From Camelus ferus (lineage: Eukaryota): a DNA stretch of 64,000 nucleotides. This document shows positions 52,928-63,130 of this stretch, one piece after another. Where the stretch lies: positions 13,826,001-13,890,000 of the forward strand of contig NC_045713.1 in NCBI RefSeq assembly GCF_009834535.1, in the 5' to 3' direction. The position numbers were made by a program, and so were the translations under genes. The stretch's first letter is position 1. The number at the start of each line of letters is the position of its first letter. Under the pieces are notes generated by a model, which did no database searches, was not told where the DNA came from, and saw nothing but the letters and a program-made list of their open reading frames with translations.

Positions 52928-54637
52928 ATGGACAGCGGGCCCCTGGCCTTACTGACAGCGCTCTGGGCGCTGGGGGCCTCTGGAGTCGCGGCGCTGCGCA
53001 TCGGAGCTTTCAATATCCAGAGCTTTGGCGACAGCAAAGTGTCAGACCCAGCCTGCGGCAGCGTCATCGCACAAGTGAGGCCGGGGACCCTGGGCGGGGT
53101 CGCAGCTGGGCTCTGGGGCGAATCTTCCTTTAGTGACCCCGCACCTGCCGGCCCCTCCCCTAGATCCTGGCTGGCTATGACGTTATGCTCGTGCAGGAGG
53201 TGCGAGACCCCGACCTGAGCGCCGTGTACGCGCTCATGGAGCAGATCAACAGGTGTGGTGGGTAGGGCCCTGCGTTGGGAGCCGGGGCCAGGATCCCAGG
53301 TCTCGGCGCGATGCCCTGACTCCGGGTCTGGACGGTATCTCTGCAGCGTGTCCAAACATGAGTACAACTTCGTGAGCAGCGAGCCTTTGGGTCGGGACCA
53401 GTACAAGGAAATGTACCTGTTCGTCTACAGGTGAGGGGCGGGGCCGCGGGGGCGGGGCGCGCGGGGCACCGGGGGCCGCTCAGCGACCTCACCCACCCTC
53501 TACCCCCAGGAAGGACGCGGTGTCGGTCGTGGAGACGTACCAGTACCCGGACCCTGAGGATGCCTTCAGTCGTGAACCTTTCGTGGTCAAGTTCTCAGCA
53601 CCTGGCTCTGGTGAGGCCCCGCCCCATGCTGGCCCCGCCCCTCCTGCGGGCCCCGCCCCAACCCCTGATGCCCACATACTCCCGCAGCTGCCAAGAAGTT
53701 GGTGCTGATTCCGCTGCATGCCGCACCGCACCAGGCCGTGGCCGAGATTGACGCGCTCTACGACGTGTACCTGGACGTGATCGACAAGTGGGGCACCGAC
53801 GTAAGCCCCCGCGTCCGCATGGCCCCGCCCTCCCTCCAGGGTCCCGGGTTCCCGAAGGCGCGCGCTGGCGATTGGCCCGCCCCTCCAGCAGGCTCAGGCC
53901 CTGCTCTGTGGTCCCCCGCAGGACATGCTGTTTCTGGGCGATTTTAACGCTGACTGCAAATACGTGCGGGCTCAGGACTGGGCGGTCATCCGCCTGCGCA
54001 GCAGCGAAGTCTTCAAGTGGCTCATCCCCGACAGCGCCGACACCACGGTGGGCAACTCAGACTGTGCCTACGATCGCATCGTGCTCTGTGGCGCCCGCCT
54101 GCGCAGTAGCCTGAAGCCCATGTCGGCCGCTGTCCACGACTTTCAGGAAGAACTTGGCCTGGACCAGGCTCAGGTGAGTGCTGGCTGGGTCCGGCAGGGG
54201 TGAGGGGAGCACAGGGTCCTGGGGTCCCAAGGCCGCGGCTGGGCCCAACCTCAGTGCACCCTGCGCACCCCTCCCTGCACTAGCGTTTCTAGAAAAGACC
54301 TTCAGTGGTTCAGTTCTGGCTGAATGGAACAAATCTGGGATGGCGCTATAGGAAGCTCCTTGTCTCTCCAAAGTAGGGTCCCCAGTTGTACTCCCAACCC
54401 ACCTACAGGTAATAGCTAGGGTGGACAGTCCAGTCCTCACCAGCTTGCTCCCCCACCCCCATGCAGTGGTTTGTGGATACCCACTGGGCTCCATCCCGAG
54501 TTGGGGCAGTTTTCTAGGGTGGAGCGTGAGAGGGGACAGGCTGCTCAGCACAGCCTCTGAGGCTTGGCCCCTCCTCCCTCCAGGCCCTTGCTATCAGTGA
54601 CCATTTTCCTGTGGAGGTGACCTTCAAGTCCCACTGA
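52928..54637 (+). CDS. DNASE1L2: Deoxyribonuclease-1-like 2, 279 aa (short form)
   Basis: Exons 52928-53074, 53164-53252, 53347-53430, 53510-53610, 53688-53800, 53922-54173, 54584-54637 total 840 nt. Signal peptide then LRIGAFNIQSFG; catalytic motifs PLHAAP, GDFNAD, YDRIV and SDHFPVEV intact. A non-coding upstream exon probably ends at 52616. Confidence 0.96.
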
Positions 54638-54774
54638 CAGCTCTGAGGCCTGGCCAGAGCACAACGCCTGCAGACTCTGGCCACAAGCAACTGTCTTACA
54701 AGAGTTCTTCAGGGTGGCTAGCTAACCCCAGCAAGGCTGAAGGGCAGGGTCAGCAGGGCTTGGAAAAGTGATGT

Positions 54775-54890
54775 GACCACTTGGAACCTGTTTCCCCAAC
54801 TATGAACTGGGCTGCCACCACCTACCTCATAGGGTTGTGAGAAGCACCTTGTAGAGTGCTGGGGACACAGCTGAGCTCAATAAATACTCA
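54775..54890 (+). mobile_element. MIR 3' half containing the DNASE1L2 poly(A) signal (AATAAA 54879-54884)
   Basis: cctacctcatagggttgtgag and agagtgctggggacacagctgagctcaataaata match the MIR 3' end. Confidence 0.7.
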
Positions 54891-55284
54891 GCCAAGACCA
54901 CACACCTGTCAGCTCCGATGCCTCATGTCATTTCTTAGGACTCAGCCCTTCTGGGGCACAAACCTTGGTCCTGCAGTTCAGTGGGTCTCTGGTCCCAGCC
55001 CCCTTAGAGGACAGGGACAGCCAGCCCTGCCCATTCCACATCCTGCTGGGTACCAGCCAACTCCAGACCAGGCTGGCTCCAGAAGGCAGCTCGTGTGCTC
55101 ACTGGTTGTTCTTTGTTTCTGCAAACTGCTTTCAAGAACTTGTACTAAACCAGCAGTTTAGATGAAGCCTTAAGCAAATTTTGTATTATCATCCTCACTT
55201 AATAATGAAGTAGATGTTACATAATTGCCAGCAAGAAGTAAGTGTCCAGACAGTATATGTTTAGATGGTGGGGGTGTGTGTGTG

Positions 55285-55500
55285 TTAGGAAATTACTGCC
55301 CACAGATGAAATGCAGCCCACCACCTGCTTTTGTATGGCCTGTGAACCAAGAGTGATCTTTACACTGTTAAACAGTTAAAAAAAAATCCAAAGGAGAATC
55401 CTATTTCGTGACATATGAAAATTATATGAAGTTCAAATTTTAGTGTCCGTCAATAAAGTTGATTGGGTCTCAGCCAGGCTCATTCGCTTAAAAAAAAAAT
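55285..55500 (+). mobile_element. MER58-like hAT-Charlie DNA transposon fragment
   Basis: gcccaccacctgcttttgtatggcctgtgaaccaagag...gtgacatatgaaaattatatgaagttcaaattttagtgtccgtcaataaag. Confidence 0.6.
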
Positions 55501-56958
55501 TGTACTGAGGGCAGCAGGGGATAAGTGCTCACACACACTCACACACATGTAGGGTTGATGTACAAAGCCAACCTCCAGGCCCTGCTGTTCCCCCTACAGC
55601 CCCAATTCCCAGGCCTGCAGGACCCTTCAGGCGCTTGTTTATGTCAGGGTCCTGCCACACCCAGCGCTGCAGTCCTTGGGGAGGTCAGGAAGGCTGGCCC
55701 CTGCCCTCAGCTGGTCAGCAGCCCAGGGACATTTGGAGAGCCCCCTTAGTGGTGAGCAGGTGGATTGGGTTAAGGTCCTGCCCATAGAACCCAAACAGCG
55801 CACAGTGGTTCAGCCCCTTCAAAGGTGCCTCCCTGGTAGGTTCCTCCTCAGGAGCCCTGGGCAAGGCAAGGACTTATCAGGGAGAACAGTGGCCTCTTTC
55901 TCAGGTAAGCCCAACACCTGAGGATTGGGAATAAGCAGAGCTGGGGTACACAGTGTAACTGACAGGAGCCCCATGAGGTTTCTGGTTTTCAAAGCATCTC
56001 GACTTTGGCAGGATTTGAGAGCTGATCTGAATTGTACGGGAGAGGAAAACTTTTGTTTCAAGAGTTTGGACAAGCTTCTCTTGCTAGCTCTTTCTAAAAT
56101 AAGATTTAGGATGCTTGTAATGTAAAATGCTTCACAAGGAATGTCTCCCTCACCTCAGTTCCTCTGAAATTTGTACATGCCTTCCATCCAAACACACCAA
56201 ACATGGCTGCCCAAGGGCTTTTCCCTGTGTCAGGGGTGTGGGTGGGGGTCATGTGTGGCTTGTTAGGGCCCACGACTGCCTGGCCTTATGCCTCTAGCAA
56301 TCAGGCATCCCACCAGCCAAGGACTTTATTCTGCTTTGGCAAAGGAGACAGTCAGGGGTGACATTGTTGAAGTCGAGAATGGCCCCACTTGTCAGGTTAT
56401 GATTCCCAGATCAAGACACTGCTTGCCAGTTGTGCCCCTCTGCCCACCTGCCAGGCACAAAAGGCACTCATGGGTGGTGGCGTGTTTTGGGACTATGGCT
56501 AAGAGGCACTGGGCCTTCTAGGAAGATCAGCAAAACAAAGAGCTGAAAGTACTTTTAAATGGAAAACACCTTATTTAAAATCCCTTGGAACCACAGGAGA
56601 GGGCATACGGCTAAGAGCCCTGCGTGGGCAGCCCAGCCCTTAGCCTTTTATTCACTTGAGTTTTTCTAAGTAGGTCTTTAGGGACTTCTGGATGGAGTCC
56701 CTGGAGATGACGCTGACGATGTACTGGATGTCAGTGTCACGCTGCTTCAGCAGGTGGTCTGCAGTGGGCTTTTGCATCATGTTCTTGGTCAGCTGTCGAG
56801 TGTGATCTAAGGAAAATGGGGTCCCCGGGTAAAGACCCACAATCTGGGACAGTGGCATCATTCCCAGCCCTGCCAAGAGAATTCCTGTTGGAACTCTGGT
56901 AGAAAGCTTAGAAAATACAGAGTAAGGAAGAAGAAAATGAAAATCATCTGTTTCCTAC

Positions 56959-57590
56959 TGAGACACATGGCATAACCATTAAAAGAACGACACAGCAATT
57001 AGCACCAAGATGGAGGAAGAGTCAACTCCCAGTAGACCTTGAGCATCATTATATGCTTAGTGTAATATATTAACATGCTAAATGATACTTCCATAGGCGC
57101 CATGAAAATTTCAAGGTTTATCATAAAAGGTCAAAAAGTGGGTTATGGCCCAATTCTTGGGAATCCCAGCTCCTTCTCCAAAGTAGTTGGAATAACCCTC
57201 CCACTTATTAACATATGAAGTTACTGAGCCCATTAAAAACTTACAACCCTGCACCTCGTGGCCTTTCTTTTGCCTTTTGAGAAGGCCCCCATTCTGTCTG
57301 TGGAATGTGTATCTCTTGCCTTCAGAGACAGCATGCCCTCTGTCTATGGAGTGTGTATCTACTTATACTTTAAACTAAACTCCACCCCCCACCTCATGGA
57401 TTTTCTGGCTTTCTGACATGGCCTGCACTTGGTCTATGGAGTATGCATCTCTCTGAATAAACCTACTTTTACTCAACTATGGCTCACTCTTTAATTCCTT
57501 CCTTCACAAAGCCAAGCACTTGAGGGGAGTCCATCCCAGGGACTTGCCTGGAACATGTCCATCCTCCCCCTCCCCATTTTTCCTGTATCA
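56959..57590 (+). mobile_element. ERV1-class solo LTR in ECI1 intron 6, antisense to ECI1
   Basis: TG...CA ends; 4-bp TSD CTAC at 56955-56958 and 57591-57594; AATAAA at 57456-57461 followed by a U5-like sequence. Confidence 0.85.
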
Positions 57591-57759
57591 CTACAATCCA
57601 TGGGTTTGTTTTAAAAACATACAGGATGATACTGTAAAAACTGCCTTCTTAACCTATTATTTTCACTCATCTGTATTGTTGAGAATATTTTCCATGTTGC
57701 TAAATATTCTTTTACAACATAATTAATGGCTGCACGGTATTCAATCACTTGTGTAAGGC

Positions 57760-58035
57760 ATTGGCAAACATGGCCCCCTGTGGCTCAAGAAGGAAGAATG
57801 GTCTTTACATTTTCATATAGATGAAAAAAATCTTAGGGTGACATTTTGTGACATGTGACAATTACATGAAATTCAGAATTTAGTGGCCTGGCTTTATTGG
57901 AATACCGACACATTTGTTAGTTCCCGTACACTGAGGCTTCCCTCACGCTCCAGCGCCACAGCTGTGGTGGAGACGGTGTGACCCATAGAGCTGCAAATCT
58001 CCCTGGCTCTTTATAAACAGTCTTCTCACCCCTGG
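57760..58035 (+). mobile_element. MER58-like DNA transposon remnant
   Basis: cattggcaaacatggcccc...ttttgtgacatgtgacaattacatgaaattcag...ggagacggtgtgacccatagagctgcaaat...ctcacccctg. Confidence 0.55.
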
Positions 58036-58105
58036 TCTCCATGATGGTTGATACAAGCAGCCCTATTTCTAGACACAGACACCCAGGCTGTTCCCAATTG
58101 TCTGT

Positions 58106-58600
58106 TTGTAGACTGAATAGTGGACCCCAAAATGGTATGTCCAAGTGGCCTTATTAGGAAAAGGGTCTTTGCAATGGGTCTAGGGCCAGTGATAGGTGTC
58201 CTTAAAAGGAGAGGAAGATTTGAGACATAGAGACACTCAGAGGGCATGTGAAACGTGAAGACGGAGACAGGGTTTGGAGCAATACAGCCACAAGCCAAGG
58301 AAAGCCAGGAGGCCCCAGAAGCTGGAAGAGGCAGGGAGAAGCCTCCCCTGGAGCCTCTGCAGTGAGCAAGGCCCTGCCTGCACTCTGACTTTAGCCTTCT
58401 GGCCTAGAGACTGTGAGAGAATGCATTTCTGTAGTTTGTTTTTTAAGGTGTGGGAGGGAGGTAATTAGGTTGATTTATTTACTTTTTTGTTTTTTAAGAG
58501 GAGGTACTGGGGAATTGAACCCAGGACCTCGTAGGGCATGCACTCTACCACTTTGAGCTATTCCCTTCCCCCTGCATTTCTGTAGTTTTAAGCACCCCCA
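58106..58600 (+). mobile_element. MLT1-type MaLR LTR interrupted by a SINE
   Basis: tgtagactgaat...ccacaagccaaggaaagcc...agaagctggaagaggcaggg...gactgtgagagaatgcatttctgtagttt. Confidence 0.8.
58438..58572 (-). mobile_element. tRNA-derived SINE (camelid-type) with 16-bp TSD
   Basis: TSD tgcatttctgtagttt at 58422-58437 and 58573-58588; same head and tail as the 17770 and 23065 copies. Confidence 0.88.
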
Positions 58601-60796
58601 TCCTAACTCTCTGTCTTGTGATAATCTGTTATCTTGGCCTCAGAACTCTACAGTCTGCTACTGTGAAAGGCTCATTTGTGAATTACCTGAGAACTTTCTG
58701 TCTCAGCAGGAGCTTCCAGCTGGGAACGGGAGGGGCTCTGCTTGACCCACAGCTGTCGGCCCTCCCTGGGCTCCTCACCTGGAATGGCCATCCACTGGGC
58801 CATCACCGAGAGCACTGTGCTCAGCACTTGGTCCTCAGGTACACCTGGTCCACCATGCCCATGTGGAGGGCCTCTGCCAGTGGGAGGAGCAACCCCAGCT
58901 GCAGGGCACACTCGGTGGCACGGTGCCTGATGGTGTTTATGAGGGTGTCTTTTAACCTGGAACGGAGACACCTACTTACCACAGGCTCGGGGTTCCCTGA
59001 GAAGTGGGCACAGCCCCAGGGACAAGTGGAATGTGGGTGCAGCCCCCGGCCATACCAGAAGGGGATGATGATGCCCAGCAGGGTCGCATTCAGCCCCATG
59101 AGGTACTTGGGGTTGTCAGCCAGCACCCGGTAATTGCAGGTGAGAGATAGAGGCAGCCTCCGGCTGGGCAGGCTCCCTCAGGGGAAGCAAGATCAACGGG
59201 TCCAGGTGCTGCTGCGGCTGGTCCCAGTCATGTTCCAGAAAGCCTAGGGCCCGAGGAATGCCCTTCAAGTGCATGTGAGCTCTTGGGATGCCTCCAGACC
59301 CTAGGGTTCTGCACCCTAGTCTTTGGTGGGGTGTGCACACAATGGGGACCCAGGCTTGCCCATCAGCCTGAGGGCTGAGGGCACCGGCAGGGTGGCCAGC
59401 TATCACGGCGGAACATCCCTCTTTTCTTAGCCTCACATCTGGGCAGCAAGCGGCCTTTCCACTCAAAACTCTTGTCTGTACCCTCAAATGCCAAGCAGGC
59501 ATTTAGCCAGAGCTGTTACCTCCTGTCGTGCCCCACTGAGGGCCTGCTGCCATCTCCAGCAGGAGGTCTTCAGAAGCCCAACCTCACTCTGCCCTGTCTC
59601 ATGCACACTGCTGCCCCAAAGAGAAGTGGCAGGTTGCTGTCAGCTGCCACTGCACCTCAGGGAGTCTTCCTGCCTCTGGCCATCCCTCCTCTCCACCCAG
59701 AGCAGGCCCTCCTCGCACCTCTGTGAGCCTGAGCCCTGCCCCTGCGTTGCCCAGGTTAGGCCAAAGTCACGTTCCCAAAATGTGGATCTGATCCCCCACA
59801 CGCCCCTCCCCCCCAGATCCCTCTTGCTGGGCCCTGTCGACCATGGGCCCTGGTCCCTCTGCACCTCCCACCCCCCAGTAACCTGGTCTGTAATGACCTG
59901 TCCACCTCTGAGAGTCTCCCCGATTGCCCCTTTCCTCTCCAGAGGCTTCTTGAAGACAGGGTCATGCCCATCCCTCAGCCTAAGGAGCGAGTCATCCAGG
60001 CCCCTCGGGAAGGAGACACTCACATTGATGGCGGCAATCAGCACCAAGTTAGACAGGTAGAGTCGCAGCCACATCTCCTGCATAGCCTTCCAAAACTCCG
60101 CGTAGTGGGCTGGGTTCTTTCCACACAACTCCGTCAGGTCCAGGCCAGCTGAGAAGACCCCAGGGCAGTCCTAGGGAAGTAAGGGCGCCCCAGGAAGCTG
60201 CTGCCAAGTTTGCATAGGGTCCATCTTTCCTGAAGCAGTGTGGGCTCAAGGTTATCCCTGCAAAAGTGTCACCTGACCTCACCTAAGTTCTGGCCCCGGG
60301 TATGGAATCTGAACCTTGCCCCAGGGCCTGACCCCACAACCCCATGGGCCTGGGAAGCAGCCTGGGACAGAGTCACCAGTCTCCTGCTGGAGAACCATCT
60401 GCCCAGGTCCCCCTGGAGCCACAAGGCGACCCCTGGAGGCCTCTTGTGGTGGCACCTGTGTCTGGAGCTGCCCAAGTATTCAACACCACACGAAGTGTGT
60501 AGGATGGTTTCTGAGTCGGGACTTGGATCAGAGGACTCGGGCCCCGCGGGAGCTCCAGAGCACCCACCGAAGTCAGGAGGATGCCTTGGAAGGTCTTGTC
60601 ATGCTCCAGTTTCTCCAGACTGATGACTAACTCTGTCAGCAGCTCGAGGCTGAGGCTGTTCACTGGGGGGCTCTTGAGCTTCAGTACAGTGACCCCTGGT
60701 TTGAAAATGAAGAGGACAAAGCTCATGCCTAGCACTGGAAAGGTGCTCCCAGTCATCCTGCATCCTCAGCCTGGCCATGGGAAGCTACACAGTTTG

Positions 60797-61280
60797 GGTT
60801 TTTTTAAAAGGGAGGTGAGATTCACCTAGCAAATTAGCGATTTAAAAATGAACAGTTCAGGTCCACTAAGTACATTCACAATGTTGCACAACCACCCCTA
60901 TCTACTTGTAGAACATGTCCATCAGCACAAAGGAAACCCCGTACCCATCAACAGTTGCCCTTCCTCCTGCCCCAGCCCCTGGCCATCACTAGTCTCCTTT
61001 CTGTTCCTATGGATTTGTCTGTTGTGGACACTTCACATACATGGACTCACCTATGGGAACTTTTGTGTTTGCCTTCTTTCACTTCACATGTTTTCAAGTT
61101 TCATCCTTGCAGCAGCATGAGTCAGTGCTTCCTTCCTTCTTAAGGTCAAAGGACATTCCACTGTACGCGTGGAGCACATTCTGTTTATCCATTCGTGTGC
61201 TCATGGACACTTGGGTTGGTTCCACCTTTTGGCTATTGTGAATAATGCTGCTGTGAACATTCAGGTACAAATTTCTGTTG
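60797..61280 (-). mobile_element. Old L1 (L1MB-like) 3' end in ECI1 intron 2
   Basis: Reverse L1 3'UTR motifs (aagtacattcacaatgttgcacaaccac, ggacacttgggttggttccaccttttggctattgtgaataatgctgctgtgaacatt). Confidence 0.85.
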
Positions 61281-62479
61281 ATCTTTTTCTCTCAAATGCA
61301 AGTCCTATATCCTCATGGGAATAGGAAATGGCCTTAGTTTTCTTGAGGAGGACGTGAACAAATTCTTAGAACCAGATGTGCAGGGGAGCTCTAGTGGGGC
61401 GCTCTGGTTCAGGCCTGTTTAAGAAAGGACTGAGGGTAAAGGGGTCAGATGTTTTTCACATTCTCCACCGTCCAAACATCCATTTTGCCAGCAGCAGGGA
61501 AAACAGGAGCGACAGGGCCTGCCCTTGTGGACAGTGCAGCTGCTAGCCTGGGCTGGCCAGGGCCATCTGTTCTCACTGCCTGGCCTAAGGACCGACCTCA
61601 AGTGATTCAGAGACGCCACTGTTCATTTAGGGTGCACTTCCCTGGTCGGGGTCTTGCAAATCTCTGGATGGTCAACACAACCCATTCTCTAGGAATGAGA
61701 ATTAAGTCCTGCAGGCAAAATGGCTCTTCTGAGACTTTTGATTTATGAAGAAGAGGTAGTTATTAACTGGCTACAGGTATGTACATATAAGCAATCAAAA
61801 CTTTCAGAAGTGAGCTCCCCAAACTTGGTTCTGAGGGGTTTCTGAAGCTGACTCGATTTTTGCAGAGCTTGGTGAGGCTGACTCCAGGACACTGGGTGTA
61901 AGGTAAAGAGGCTGAAGGTGAACAGAAGTTAATCAAGAATTTGGATGGACTTGTACATCACGAGGTAGACAACTGCATCCCTGGCTCAGGGTAGGTACAA
62001 AATAAGTGTTTCTCGAATGGAATGTTGAACGTCATCTTACATCAGCTGCAGTAACAGGACTTTAGCCCTAAATGAAAACATTTTTAAAAAGCACTTTTAG
62101 TCCATTAATTCATCCAAGCCTCAAGATGCCTGAAGGCAACCTGGGTCTGGCAGTGAGGACACAACCAGGCAGATTTGGCTTTCTGAGCTCAAACTTAACC
62201 TCCCACCACGGTAAGCCAGCAAAGCTAGTGAATTCTTCCCTGGTGGGGGGGAAAGCACTTTGGTAAATTATCTAGCCGGTAATTTTTTTTTCTTGCTTAC
62301 ATAACAAAGTTTACTCTTTCAACCGTTTTGAAGTGTACAACTCAGTGGTATTTAGTCATAACGTCGTGCAACCATCATCACCATCCAACACTTTTAAAAT
62401 CTGTTTTTGCATTTTTTCATGTCTATCGAAATCTATCATAGAAATGATCCTTTCAGAAACTCAGGTTTTCATGGGACTC

Positions 62480-63130
62480 GTCGATGGGACCAACGTGGGC
62501 CCCTCATCACCTGCCTTCGGCGGCCATGAGAGAAGCTAAACAGGAGAACTGAATCAGGTGCCCTGATATCGGTCCAGGCAGGAAACCGGCTCCGGCGCTC
62601 GGCGAGCCCGACGTGCAGAAGGCCGGGGTTCCGGGTCGCTTACCTGCAGACGGGTCCGGCTCCACCAGCACCCGCTGGCTCGCGAAGCGCCGCGCGCCGT
62701 CCCCGCCACCGGCCACCGGCTGAGTCCCTCAGAGTGCCGCACCTCGGAGCAGAGGCCCTGAGAAGGGCCGCGCAAAGCTCGTTAGCCCGCCGCCCCTGCC
62801 CGGTCCCAGCCCCCGGCCCAGATCCCGCCTCCGGGCCACGCACACGGGCAGAGGAGGATGCGCGTCAGGACGCCGCATTGCTACCGCCAGGGCCATCTTG
62901 ACTGGTCCGGCCCGGTCGCGGCGCCGGGGTGTGGCCTCGCCGCTGGGGGAGGGCGGGGCTGGAGTCAGCGCCTGAGTCCGCCCACCGGTCCACCTGGATG
63001 CAAATCGTCCCCGCCCCCAGGAGGCCAAAGTGCCCGGCTTCACTGAGCAGGGCCCTGGGGATGCAGATGAATGGTTGCCAGGCAGGGATCCCGGGCAGAA
63101 CAGACGCCGTGTTCTCCCTCATCCAGCGGC
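62480..63130 (-). promoter_or_regulatory. CpG island over the ECI1 pseudogene promoter and exons 1-2
   Basis: Dense CpG and GC boxes; CAAGATGGCC (YY1-like) overlaps the ancestral ATG at 62896. Confidence 0.75.

Larger units (their letters stand above)
56640..62896 (-). pseudogene. ECI1: Enoyl-CoA delta isomerase 1 (mitochondrial), multi-exon pseudogene at the syntenic position
   Basis: Seven recognisable exons: 62844-62896 (53 nt, +1), 62644-62757 (114 nt, in-frame TGA 62729-62731), 60568-60695 (128), 60024-60170 (147), 59056-59176 (121, -1), 58779-58956 (178, -1), 56640-56806 (167, premature TGA 56652-56654). Motifs PPVNSLSLE, FSAGLDL, GACPAGG and ADNP identify ECI1; catalytic GLNET reads GLNAT. 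Confidence 0.9.
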
